A stretch of 63,188 nucleotides of DNA, filler included, from Stramenopiles sp. TOSAG23-2 (taxonomy: Eukaryota): NCBI GenBank assembly GCA_900128395.1. It is 14 parts of 14 records of this genome, joined end to end, with 100 filler letters (N's around TTAATTAATTAA, not from the genome) between each part and the next. Parts side by side here need not be neighbours in the genome. Positions count along the whole stretch, not along the records: positions 1 to 4,972 come from LT650762.1; positions 5,073 to 10,041 come from LT650763.1; positions 10,142 to 15,109 come from LT650764.1; 11 more parts are not named here. One strand, given 5' to 3'. Below the pieces are notes generated by a model. The model ran no database searches, was not told where the DNA came from, and worked only from the letters and a program-made list of their open reading frames with translations. Of this stretch, positions 1 through 10,143 are shown piece by piece. Position numbers and translations under genes: made by a program. Position 1 is the stretch's first letter; every line of letters begins with the position of its first letter.

Positions 1-1079
1 CCAATAAATGCAAAACTTTTTTTGGTTTTACCAAATAAATGAAGAAAATCTATTACGCCTAATTGACCATTACCTTTCGAACTTACAGATAATGTTCCTA
101 CTACCCCATTACGTAAAGGCAACGGATTGCAAAAAAATGGTATGATATTATTTATAATCGTAGTTGTGGGTAACATTGTAAATAAATCATCTTCATGGTA
201 AAATTTCCGTCGCTTTAAATTACTGTTACTATCCACAAACTTGGATTCTAACAATTGTATAATATCATTCTTAATTCCACTAGTGTTAATATCAGCATAA
301 TTTAATGCAGTAAAACCATCTTTATTTGTTTTACTCAATAATTTTATTGAAAACGTTTTATGATTTAGTAATAAATTTAACGTATCTAATTTTTGTTTGC
401 TACACCATGCTGCCCAATGTAAGGCTGTACGACCGTGATCATCGAGTGCATTAAGATCAGCATTTTGTTCATTTAAATATTGCTTTAATCTTTCAATATC
501 TTCCTTTTTCGCTGCTTCACTTATACGTATACGTATATAATTATCGCTGTACATTGCTCCCTTTGATCTTAACACTTTAATAATATTATTTTTGATATCA
601 TTTTTATTATTAATATCTGCATGGTCCAGGGGAGTGTATCCCCCCCAGGCCTTCTTATTAATGCTATTAAGAGGCATATTAGTTAATAAGAACTCAATCA
701 ACTCGGTATTCTTTTTGTTATTACGTGCTGCTACATGTAATGCATTAAATCCATTACGACCTGTAATATTAGGATCAGCTTCACCTTGTTCGATCAAATA
801 TTTAACTATTTGGAAATGTTCGTATCTTGCAGCTATCATTAAAGGTGTCCAGTTACAACCATCACTATCTTTCCCCTCTTGATTCACGTATTCTTTCAAT
901 GTCGTATTATTATTATTACCATTACTACCATTCGCATCATTATACCCTGTAATCAATAATTTTACATCATCAAAACGTCCGTGTTGACATGCACATACTA
1001 ATGGCGTTGGTTGTACTCCGGAGGTTTTTTTTGGGAATTCGTTGTGATATTTTGTTTTTAACGCTTCCACTACTGACAT
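1..1079 (-). CDS. Ankyrin-repeat protein, 3'-partial (not in the ORF track)
   Basis: My translation from ATG at 1079 stays open to the window edge: MSVVEALKTK...TPLVCACQHGRFDDVKLL...WTPLMIAARYEHFQIVKYLIEQGEADPNI...NALHVAAR...GRTALHWAAW. Several ankyrin consensus repeats. Confidence 0.9.
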   Translation of the reverse strand, partial: MSVVEALKTKYHNEFPKKTSGVQPTPLVCACQHGRFDDVKLLITGYNDANGSNGNNNNTTLKEYVNQEGKDSDGCNWTPLMIAARYEHFQIVKYLIEQGEADPNITGRNGFNALHVAARNNKKNTELIEFLLTNMPLNSINKKAWGGYTPLDHADINNKNDIKNNIIKVLRSKGAMYSDNYIRIRISEAAKKEDIERLKQYLNEQNADLNALDDHGRTALHWAAWCSKQKLDTLNLLLNHKTFSIKLLSKTNKDGFTALNYADINTSGIKNDIIQLLESKFVDSNSNLKRRKFYHEDDLFTMLPTTTIINNIIPFFCNPLPLRNGVVGTLSVSSKGNGQLGVIDFLHLFGKTKKSFAFI

Positions 1080-1277
1080 AGTCACTACGATTTGTATATA
1101 TATATATATATACTAATATATGTGTTTTTCTTTGTTGTAATTTGTTATTATTTGTTTGTTTTTCTGTTTGAAATGCTCTGATAAAATGCAATCAATCACA
1201 TCAATCACATCATCTATACGTCTGACATACATCTATATATATCTATTTATTACACCATATATATGTACATGTGTAGA

Positions 1278-1590
1278 GTAGGTGGCATTTAAAATGAACA
1301 ATTTCCACCTCCGATATTTACCTTAAATTAGGCACGTTTTTGACCAAACCCGAAAATATGCTAAATAATTATAATTCATGTATTCATTGTATATTAATTG
1401 ATAGGTAAAAGTGAATGATGATGTACTGAAGATGTACTAAATAATTATATTTCATTTGTATTAATTATATTTGTTCATTTAGTAAAGTGAATGAGATGTA
1501 TACTAATTTCAGTCAATTTTGGTAAAGATGAGAATTGGATGAAATTTATCACTTCAGAGGTGGAAATTGTTCATTTTAAATGCTACCTGC
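1278..1590. mobile_element. MITE-like element with about 34-bp terminal inverted repeats
   Basis: GTAGGTGGCATTTAAAATGAACAATTTCCACCTC from 1278 is the reverse complement (2 mismatches) of GAGGTGGAAATTGTTCATTTTAAATGCTACCTGC ending at 1590. AT-rich non-coding interior; no clean TSD. Confidence 0.6.
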
Positions 1591-2059
1591 TATATATTTA
1601 TGATCTACATGTGATAAAAGTATGAGATGTATACTAATTTCAGTCAATTTTGGTAAAGATGAGAATTGGATGAAATTTATCACTTCAGAGGTGGAAATTG
1701 TTCATTTTAAATGCTACCTGCTATATATTTATGATCTACATGTGATAAAAGTACAAGTTTATTTATTTACATGATCTCGTAATTTAAAAGATCATAAGCT
1801 TATTATAAAAATGTACACATACATAATAGTATCAGTGCCATATACGATCTCTATTTCTACGTTGCCAAACGACGCCATCAACGATGGCGTCAAAATACTG
1901 CGTTAAAACCCTCAACCCAATGCGCTCCTGATTTGTTCGTACGTAAAAAATACGCTGGAGCCAGTTAGAGCGGCACGCACAACTGCAACACCCCTCATCT
2001 GAGAAAATTATACATCAATCAGCGTAACATTACTCAACGCCTGTAAGATTAACTTAATG

Positions 2060-4867
2060 TTAACATCCCCCCCCTCTTACATTCTTACCTAAAAGGCGCC
2101 TTCGTCTTGACGACAATTCCAGGCATTCCTTTTTGGATGTATGACCATTTATATTACCACCATTTATATTACCATAATGCATTTGATTGTTTCCGTTAAA
2201 CACTTTATATGTTGTAATTTGGCAATTCATATCCCATTGAAATAGGATTTTTACGCTCTTCTTAATAAACTCTTGAGCTACTTTATTCTTTGTAGTACTT
2301 AGTTTACTAATACATTTACAAAGTTGCAAATTCTTTTTGCAGTCAAATGAAAAACTCATGTCGCTTTTCTTCAAGTCAATCTTACTAAACATATTATCTT
2401 GTTTGCATTCTTCAATATTGGTATTGGACGGTATCAGTTTCCTCCTTGCTTGCTGCCACTCTTTATACGTTTTTTTTGGAGTAGCCAACTGATTTATTGC
2501 TGCAAGTAACCGTCTTCGCCTTGCATTTTTGTCAGTTCTCCCTTTCTTTTTTTTCTTCTTTCGGTTTTTAGATTTCTTCGCCTTTTTCTTACTTTGTTTC
2601 TTTCCTGTCACTTTTTTGCTTGTTCTCCCTTTCTTTTTTTTCTTCTTTCGGTTTTTAGATTTCTTCGCCTTTTTCTTACTTTGTTTCTTTCCTGTCACTT
2701 TTTTGCTTGTTCTCCCTTTCTTTTTTTTCTTCTTTCGGTTTTTAGATTTCTTCGCCTTTTTCTTACTTTGTTTCTTTCCTGTCACTTTTTTGCTTGTTCT
2801 CCCTTTCTTTTTTTTCTTCTTTCGGTTTTTAGATTTCTTCGCCTTTTTCTTACTTTGTTTCTTTCCTGTCACTTTTTTGCTTGTTCTCCCTTTCTTTTTT
2901 TTGTTGGTGTTACCTTTCTTCATTGATTGTTTCTTTCCTGTGTTTTTCTTCTTACTTCGTTTCTTTCCTGTCACTTTTTTGTTTGTTCTCTCTTTCTTTT
3001 TTTTGTTGGTGTTACCTTTCTTCATTGTTTGTATCTTTCCTGTGTTTTTCTTCTTACTTCGTTTCTTTCCTGTCACTTTTTTGCTTGTTCTCTCTTTCTT
3101 TTTTTTGTTGGTGTTACCTTTCTTCATTGATTGTTTCTTTCCTGTGTTTTTCTTCTTACTTCGTTTCTTTCCTGTCACTTTTTTGTTTGTTCTCTCTTTC
3201 TTTTTTTTGTTGGTGTTACCTTTCTTCATTGTTTGTATCTTTCCTGTGTTTTTCTTCCACTGATTTACAAATTGTGTACCTTCTAATAAATTAAAAACGT
3301 TTCCTGCGTTACTTTTGCCATTCTTATCGCTGCCCCAACAAACTACATTGTATTTATTCGTTACAGCACAGCTATGATAGTTACCAACATCTATTTCAAC
3401 ATATTGACCTTCTTTTGCTTTGCCATTATTCCCCGGAGGACGAATTTTATTATTTTTTTTTATCGTACCCCAACATTCTATTTTCCCGGTATCTGTAAGA
3501 CCACAAGTATAATCCATTCGTGTACTAACTTGTATAAATTTTCCTTCTGTTGGTTTTTTCCAAACCCCGTTTGCGGGAGGAAGTTGATTCTCGCTGTTAT
3601 CTCCCCAACATTCGATATATCCTGTGCAGGTTAGTCCACATACATGAGTTTTGCCTGCACTTACTGCTGTAAAAACACCCCCGTTTTTTGCAACCCCTTC
3701 ATTTGGCGGGGTAATATACTTAGCATCACTATTGGGTTTTGACCAACTGAACCAACATTCAATTATTCCCTTATCTGTCAAACCACATGTGAAGTCTCTA
3801 CCAACACTTACTTGAGTAAATTCACTTTTATTGTCTTTTGCCTTACGTGGGTTTGCAGTTGTTCCATCTCTCTGAAAACACTGAATTTCCCTAGCGGTCT
3901 TTGTAAGACCGCAGGCATATTCACTACCAGCGCTTACTTGATAATATGCATTTTTTTTCGATTTTTTATACAGTTTCCTTTCTGCCATTTTGTCACCAGC
4001 CGTGGACTTTTCGTCCCAATACCAACATCTGATATTTCCAAACGTAGTTAACCCACAAATGCTGTTCCATCCGGTGCTTACTTTATTAAACTTGCTGTCG
4101 CTATCGATATATTTGCTATCGATATATTTCCCACCTGTTTTTTTCCCAAAACAAACAATTTTTTCGGTAGGTGTCACAGCACATGTATCTTGAGCCCCAG
4201 AACTAAGTGTAAACATTTTCTCTCCCGCTTTCACTGGTTGGCACGCATTTTTGGCCTTTGCACGCGTTTTTGTTTTTTTAGGCTTTTTTTTACGCGGTGC
4301 TTCTTCTGTAGGTTTTTCGCTTTCTCCTTCTTTAGGTGCTTCCTCACCACCCTCCTCTTTTGGAGCCTCTTCTGTTGGTGCTTCCTCCTTTGGTGCTTCT
4401 TCTGTAGGTGCTTCCTCTTTAGGTGCTTCTTCACGGGATTTTGTTTTTTTAACTGTAACTTGTTTTTTAATTACCATCACGGGCTTTTTTTTACGCTTCC
4501 CCATTCGTAATGCCTTTACACGGGATTTTGTTTCTGTGTTATCTTCCTCGTTTGCTACATTTAAATCATGTTCTTCATCATCTCTTTGTTCTAGAATATC
4601 ATCTTCCGCGTTTGCTACATTTAAATCATGTTCTTCATCAGGTCTCTGTTCTAGATTCTTCTTACTTTTTTCCCGAAGCGTTCCCATGACACGCTTTTTG
4701 TTCGAAACGGTCCTCGACATTTGCGTCGTTTTTTTGTTGCCAATTTCACTATACTGTCGATTAGACATCATTTTTTCATGAGTGCCTAATGCTGCGGCAT
4801 GGTTATTGGCAATTTTTCCAATTAAAGCAAATAGCACAAGCAAAAACACGCAAACAAATCGTGTCAT
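2060..4867 (-). CDS. Secreted protein: signal peptide, acidic/EEAP repeats, RCC1/BLIP-II-like repeats, very Lys-rich repeats, two RRRRLL motifs
   Basis: 935-aa ORF with hydrophobic N-terminus and about seven repeats like QVSxGxxxxCGLTxxGxIECW. Lys-rich units of 34 aa x4 and 29 aa x4. Confidence 0.85.
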   Translation of the reverse strand: MTRFVCVFLLVLFALIGKIANNHAAALGTHEKMMSNRQYSEIGNKKTTQMSRTVSNKKRVMGTLREKSKKNLEQRPDEEHDLNVANAEDDILEQRDDEEHDLNVANEEDNTETKSRVKALRMGKRKKKPVMVIKKQVTVKKTKSREEAPKEEAPTEEAPKEEAPTEEAPKEEGGEEAPKEGESEKPTEEAPRKKKPKKTKTRAKAKNACQPVKAGEKMFTLSSGAQDTCAVTPTEKIVCFGKKTGGKYIDSKYIDSDSKFNKVSTGWNSICGLTTFGNIRCWYWDEKSTAGDKMAERKLYKKSKKNAYYQVSAGSEYACGLTKTAREIQCFQRDGTTANPRKAKDNKSEFTQVSVGRDFTCGLTDKGIIECWFSWSKPNSDAKYITPPNEGVAKNGGVFTAVSAGKTHVCGLTCTGYIECWGDNSENQLPPANGVWKKPTEGKFIQVSTRMDYTCGLTDTGKIECWGTIKKNNKIRPPGNNGKAKEGQYVEIDVGNYHSCAVTNKYNVVCWGSDKNGKSNAGNVFNLLEGTQFVNQWKKNTGKIQTMKKGNTNKKKKERTNKKVTGKKRSKKKNTGKKQSMKKGNTNKKKKERTSKKVTGKKRSKKKNTGKIQTMKKGNTNKKKKERTNKKVTGKKRSKKKNTGKKQSMKKGNTNKKKKGRTSKKVTGKKQSKKKAKKSKNRKKKKKKGRTSKKVTGKKQSKKKAKKSKNRKKKKKKGRTSKKVTGKKQSKKKAKKSKNRKKKKKKGRTSKKVTGKKQSKKKAKKSKNRKKKKKKGRTDKNARRRRLLAAINQLATPKKTYKEWQQARRKLIPSNTNIEECKQDNMFSKIDLKKSDMSFSFDCKKNLQLCKCISKLSTTKNKVAQEFIKKSVKILFQWDMNCQITTYKVFNGNNQMHYGNINGGNINGHTSKKECLELSSRRRRLLGKNVRGGGC
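2530..3260 (-). repeat. Coding tandem repeats, 87 bp x4 and 102 bp x4
   Basis: GTTCTCCC recurs at 2535, 2622, 2709, 2796 and 2883. TTGTTGGTGTTACC recurs every 102 bp from 2901. Confidence 0.95.
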
Positions 4868-4972
4868 GTTTCTTGTAAGAAAGTTAAAAATTATTATCTA
4901 TGCAACGTCGACGTACGTATTATCCAATGACAACCCAGTAGCAATGTAAGGAGCCGTCACTGGTAACTGCAC

Positions 4973-5072
4973 NNNNNNNNNNNNNNNNNNNNNNNNNNNN
5001 NNNNNNNNNNNNNNNNTTAATTAATTAANNNNNNNNNNNNNNNNNNNNNNNNNNNNNNNNNNNNNNNNNNNN
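4973..5072. other. Artificial contig linker (first of 13)
   Basis: N44-TTAATTAATTAA-N44 gives stops in all six frames. Others start at 10042, 15110, 20171, 25230, 30285, 35339, 40392, 45441, 50488, 55531, 60574 and 61882. Confidence 0.99.
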
Positions 5073-5096
5073 TATATAATACAAAATATAGCAAAG

Positions 5097-8000
5097 ATGG
5101 GAAAACTTTTTAGTTCAATTGGTTTACCAGGACAAAATATGAATATGCAAAGAAGAGAAAATATTGAATTTGATGATAATCCCTACCACGTTAGTGTAAA
5201 AATAAGGAGTGAAGATAGGGAAAATACTTTTCGCCTAACATTTACAAATGTGCAAGAAAAATCATTTCCCAAAGCTTCGCTTTCAAAATTAACTTATTTT
5301 GACGATCGTCCAAAACCAGATGGTAAAATTGAATTGCTTCCTGAATCGAAAATGAATGGAGCGTTTACATTTTTAAGTGACGGGGGAAATGGAAGAGGAT
5401 GGGTTAGTGGATCGAAAGATGTGGAAGGAGGCTTTGGGCATGGTCGATTCATTGAAGATGCACTTGGAAATAAAGATATTCGTTATATGTCCGCGGAACA
5501 GTTGGAAATCTACCAGGAAACGTTAGACGAGAACAAAATATCCCCCGATGATGCACTTGGCGATGAGGTATGTCTTGCAATTGATATGGGAAGTCCATTG
5601 AGAGAAATTCCCAGATATAAATTGAATCCTCTGTTAATACGCCGACGCAAAACAGATACATGTTGCCTTTTTATTTTGTTTCTGTTTTGGGTTTTTATTT
5701 TTTTTGTTTCAAAACATGCCATTGAATATGGGGATACCAATCGTTTACTATTTGGTGTTGATTCCCTTGGCAATACGTGTGGTTCTACTAACAGTGAAGG
5801 ATCAAAACTTGGAGTAGATTTGACAAATGAAAAATATTTATGGTGGCCCGATAGTTCCAATCAACCTAGATATATGATGTGCATAAGTAAATGTCCTGGC
5901 GTTGGAGATTTAAATTCTACTACATATACAGATTATATGGTAAAAGTAATGGATCAAAATGCACCGATAAAAACATACATTGTGCAAACAGCAACAACAT
6001 CAGTACTAAATCGTTGCATCCCAGAGGATGGTGGAGAAAATCTAAAAATTGGTAATGATTTGATAGTTTTAGCAGATCTTTTAAATGGATGGAAAACCAT
6101 CCTTGTATCAGGTAGCATTGCGTTGATTTGTGGATTTACCTGGTTAATGCTCATCACACGGTTTCCAAGAATAGTTGTAACATGTACTGTATTTGGAACA
6201 TTTATGACTGCTTTAGGTATCGCAGCTGGTCTAGTATTGATTGCCTATCCTTCCACTAGGTCAATTGCAAAAAATGTTGTTGATCCAACAGCATCCATAT
6301 TTACCATGGTATCTTTAATTGCTTTGTTTTTATTTACATCAACTTTTTTTTATCGATTTTGTCGTAAAAGAAAGCTTGCGAAATATGCATGGCCAATTAT
6401 GGATGAATTATCACATGCAATTAAACGAATTGGATCAGGGTTTATAATGTATCCTATCATTAATTTTTTTTTATTTGCTGGATTAGGAATTGGCGGGTGT
6501 CTACTAATGGTGCAAATATTAAGTTTAGGAAAAATCAAACAAATTTGTGAATGCCCAAAAAATTCATTGACAAATTGTAAATGCACGCAAGTATTTGAAT
6601 TTGATCCTGATGCTAGATTCTATGCAGTCATTACATTGATTGGTATGTTATGGCATCAGAACATTTTATTGGAATTAACAAGATGTACCATTTCTGGTAC
6701 ATTGTCGGTGTGGTTTTTTACAGATGATGACGAGGAGAGTGGAAAGAAACTATTGCCAATGTTTCCAACATACAAGATGTTTTCAAGAATATTCTGGAAT
6801 CATTTAGGCACAATTGCATATATTGCTTTTATTCGACCATTCCATATGATTCATCAGCCATTGCTTGATTGTATGGACTATAACCGTCGAAAACCAACCA
6901 CTAGTGAATTTCGACGCAAATGCCTCGGCCTTACTCTTTTGAAATGTTGTTGTTGGGATACAATGCAATATGCAAATTGTGATGCAGCACTTGTGCAAGT
7001 TGCACTTCACGGATATCATTTTCGTGAAGCAACTACTGTTGGGGCAAAGCTTTGGATGAGAAATAAACGACGTGTTTATGGAATGCAGTCGTTCATACTG
7101 CTATCTGTACAATTTGGAACGTGTGCCATTTTTCTTTTTTCATGTGCTATTGCTGTGTACACATCAAATAATGCACTAGGTACATCTAGCCCAATCGCCG
7201 TTCTGTTAGTAACAGCTATAGTTGTTTTCGCAATAGCGCGTGCATTTACTATAATCTTTAGTATGGTAACAAAATCGTTTATGTTGAACTTTCTTGAAGA
7301 TGCGGAAAGGAACGGAATGGATGAAGAAGGTTATACTGAAGATGCTCCGTATGTTGCAGGTGGGAAAATAGTACACCCAGGAAAACCAGCAAGTCATAAA
7401 CAGCTTTTTATGCCAAAGAAATTAAAAAAATTATTGGATTCGTTTACCTATTTATTAGATGATCGTCCACCTACTCCAGGCGAAGCGATTCATGAACTTA
7501 TCAAGCATAAGCTAAAAGATTTGACATTAGTGCATTCCAACAGCAATTGTCGATTGATGAGACGATCACATGTTGCGCAAACTACTGATGCTGCCTTTTA
7601 CGATTCTAATAAACCTTGGAGGGTTTCTGCAACAATTCCATATAGACATGAGCAACAACCTGCTGGATCGGTAAAATTATTTGTCCATGAACCGACTAAA
7701 GCAACGAGTTGGTGTGGACTTTTTAAAACGGGGGGATTAAAGGAAGTCAAGCGGGTTCCACAAGATAAAAGGCTAGTAGAAGGTCCATATAATTATGAAT
7801 ATGATTGTGAAAACATCAAAGGAGCTCATCCACATTTATCACCTGAACAACAAGAAGAGCAAAAAATTTCTCGTTTAAGCTTAATGGTGGAAACAATAAC
7901 AGTTAGATGTTCCATTCATCTAATGACAAAAAAAGATGCAGGATTTTTAATGGATGACCCTACTCGGATTAGACCAGTAACGCAGCTTAGTGCTAAGGAA

Positions 8001-8732
8001 AAGAAAGAATTGTCTACGCCAAGTGATCAAGAAGGACCAGTGTTCTTAGAGTGGATCAAGAGGTACAAACTGAAATGGGACAAAAATAAGCAAACAGATT
8101 ATCAATTCGCAGCTGAAGTCTATGTTACATTTCAAAACCATTTTTATTACTATAGGCACAAAGATCATCCCCCTACTACTCTTGACGAAATTGCTGCTGG
8201 AGATACTGCAGTATGTGGAACTAGCAACCATTTTTTTGTTTCTTTGCTTCGTCATTTTGGCATACCTGCTAGATGTATTGGCGGCCATTGGCTTACTGGT
8301 AATGAAGATAATTCACGAGTTGTAAAATTTAAGATTGGTGGAGAAAGATTGGCCATTGATTTTTCAGATCATTGCAAAAGTGAATTTTATGCTGAAGGTC
8401 TGGGTTGGCTACCTTCAGATTGTACTGCGCAAAGAATTGCAGCAGAATATGACCCTCAAATTCGCCGAGCGAAGAATAAGCATGGTAAGAAAGCATGGGA
8501 TCAAGATTTTATGAAAAAATGTTTAGGTGGTTTTGGTCAAGATGGCGCAATGCTCCTGCTTGGTGGGAACGGTACACCATCAATATACCAAAACTCCGAT
8601 ACCATGTCACGTGCTCATGAATCTACAGAAATAAATTTAATGGAAGGGCAATTTATGGCAACATTGGAAAAGGAGATGAAAAATCAACCTTGGATGCCAG
8701 TGTGTACACCTGAGCATTTATCATGTCCTTAG
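5097..8732 (+). CDS. Choline transporter-like (CTL/SLC44) protein fused to a C-terminal transglutaminase-like domain
   Basis: CTL signature RRKTDTCC...YGDTNRLLFGVDSLGNTCG with about 10 hydrophobic segments. C-terminal AVCGTSNHFFVSLLRHFGIPARCIGG...DHCKSEFYAEGLGWLPSDCT matches the transglutaminase-like core. Confidence 0.85.
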   Translation: MGKLFSSIGLPGQNMNMQRRENIEFDDNPYHVSVKIRSEDRENTFRLTFTNVQEKSFPKASLSKLTYFDDRPKPDGKIELLPESKMNGAFTFLSDGGNGRGWVSGSKDVEGGFGHGRFIEDALGNKDIRYMSAEQLEIYQETLDENKISPDDALGDEVCLAIDMGSPLREIPRYKLNPLLIRRRKTDTCCLFILFLFWVFIFFVSKHAIEYGDTNRLLFGVDSLGNTCGSTNSEGSKLGVDLTNEKYLWWPDSSNQPRYMMCISKCPGVGDLNSTTYTDYMVKVMDQNAPIKTYIVQTATTSVLNRCIPEDGGENLKIGNDLIVLADLLNGWKTILVSGSIALICGFTWLMLITRFPRIVVTCTVFGTFMTALGIAAGLVLIAYPSTRSIAKNVVDPTASIFTMVSLIALFLFTSTFFYRFCRKRKLAKYAWPIMDELSHAIKRIGSGFIMYPIINFFLFAGLGIGGCLLMVQILSLGKIKQICECPKNSLTNCKCTQVFEFDPDARFYAVITLIGMLWHQNILLELTRCTISGTLSVWFFTDDDEESGKKLLPMFPTYKMFSRIFWNHLGTIAYIAFIRPFHMIHQPLLDCMDYNRRKPTTSEFRRKCLGLTLLKCCCWDTMQYANCDAALVQVALHGYHFREATTVGAKLWMRNKRRVYGMQSFILLSVQFGTCAIFLFSCAIAVYTSNNALGTSSPIAVLLVTAIVVFAIARAFTIIFSMVTKSFMLNFLEDAERNGMDEEGYTEDAPYVAGGKIVHPGKPASHKQLFMPKKLKKLLDSFTYLLDDRPPTPGEAIHELIKHKLKDLTLVHSNSNCRLMRRSHVAQTTDAAFYDSNKPWRVSATIPYRHEQQPAGSVKLFVHEPTKATSWCGLFKTGGLKEVKRVPQDKRLVEGPYNYEYDCENIKGAHPHLSPEQQEEQKISRLSLMVETITVRCSIHLMTKKDAGFLMDDPTRIRPVTQLSAKEKKELSTPSDQEGPVFLEWIKRYKLKWDKNKQTDYQFAAEVYVTFQNHFYYYRHKDHPPTTLDEIAAGDTAVCGTSNHFFVSLLRHFGIPARCIGGHWLTGNEDNSRVVKFKIGGERLAIDFSDHCKSEFYAEGLGWLPSDCTAQRIAAEYDPQIRRAKNKHGKKAWDQDFMKKCLGGFGQDGAMLLLGGNGTPSIYQNSDTMSRAHESTEINLMEGQFMATLEKEMKNQPWMPVCTPEHLSCP

Positions 8733-9416
8733 GCAAACACACACGAATTTTCATAATAATACAAAATTCCATTTTTATCTAAAAGGCGCTTCCATATCTG
8801 CATATAATGCTTGAAAATCTCTATTTAACAAATCTAAATTTTTACAAGATAATATACACATATAATTGATATGTATCGACATAGTGTTGTATATATATAT
8901 TTTCTTTCATCGAAACTTATTTATATGATTACAATACATCTACATATGGAAGGTATTATTATAATTAGGAAGGTGTAGGAGTTACTTTAACTTCTTACTT
9001 CTTACATTCATTTTTTGATGATGAAAAAAAAGGCAAAGGAAAATGGAAAAAGATAATATTAATAGCATGATTTTTACAAGTAAATAGAATGCTGGGTTTA
9101 TCCAAATGTCAATCATTACAATATTAATAAAATGAAATACTATAATTAAAAGTAATATATATAAACTTCCATTATATAAATGACATAAAAACTGTGACAC
9201 CTACTGCGTTGCGGATCCAAAATCCAAAGAAAAACTCATGGGAATACCATTATATTACTATCAAATTGTAGCAATTGATACTTCAAAGGGATATTAGAAT
9301 ACCAACAACTACAATAAATAAATAATATATATTTAAGTAGAAAACAAACATCAACCAAGTCGATTTCGACACACCACACTCTTCACTATTTTCACACAAA
9401 ATCCACCCAACCATTC

Positions 9417-10040
9417 TCACTTCTTCTCGTCCATTTTCACTTGCTTCTCATGTTTGTCTTTCCAACTACTTCTACGTCTACTTTTATGCCTTATTTTATT
9501 CGTTGTCACACGGGCAAGTTTATCTTTCTCAACGAATGTATCTGCTAATTTACTACTTTCACTTTCTTTTGGTACAATCGTACCTTTTGAGGATGAAGAA
9601 GCCTCTCCTTCCACTCCATTTTTACTATCACTATCATCATTAATCTTCCTACTATTTTCCATTTTGGACAACATCATTGGATTTGTTGAAAATGAATCAA
9701 ATGAACTAATTCTAAAACTATCATTTGACATAGCAGAATCACGTTTACCTCTTTCATCATCATCCGCAGCAGTTGTGTTTGACATTTCCAACACTGCATC
9801 CATTGTTAAACTACGACGATGTGTACTATCATTATATCGATATGCAACATCTAATACAGTTTCTAACTCAATCACTTCATTGATATCATCAACCTTAGCT
9901 AATGCTTCACGTACGACTTCTATATCGGATCCTGTTATTACTGCGTGGCGTCCAACATTTAAATCACCATAACCTGGTCGTACATCTCTACCATTTTCAT
10001 CATAATGATTTGCTTTTCCACCTTTTGAACGTAAAAGTGC
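9417..10040 (-). CDS. 3' part of an ankyrin-family paralogue, 5'-partial
   Basis: The frame is open to the contig edge and begins ALLRSKGGKANHYDENGRDVRPGYGDLN, matching the tail of the 39945 ankyrin gene (LIRSKGGKANHHDANGRNVGEGNGDLN). Confidence 0.75.
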   Translation of the reverse strand, partial: ALLRSKGGKANHYDENGRDVRPGYGDLNVGRHAVITGSDIEVVREALAKVDDINEVIELETVLDVAYRYNDSTHRRSLTMDAVLEMSNTTAADDDERGKRDSAMSNDSFRISSFDSFSTNPMMLSKMENSRKINDDSDSKNGVEGEASSSSKGTIVPKESESSKLADTFVEKDKLARVTTNKIRHKSRRRSSWKDKHEKQVKMDEKK

Positions 10041-10143
10041 ANNNNNNNNNNNNNNNNNNNNNNNNNNNNNNNNNNNNNNNNNNNNTTAATTAATTAANNN
10101 NNNNNNNNNNNNNNNNNNNNNNNNNNNNNNNNNNNNNNNNNTT

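Noticed and set aside
1855-1891. Helitron 3' end
   Set aside because: The hairpin is followed on the minus strand by GTAG rather than CTRR, and no other Helitron features are visible.
2529-3294. Phe-rich plus-strand ORFs resembling membrane proteins
   Set aside because: Antisense shadows of the Lys-rich repeats.
4973-5072. Recurrent TTAATTAATTAA flanked by N runs every 5 kb or so
   Set aside because: Artificial six-frame-stop linker. Genes on either side are not neighbours, so no cross-contig gene cluster can be inferred.
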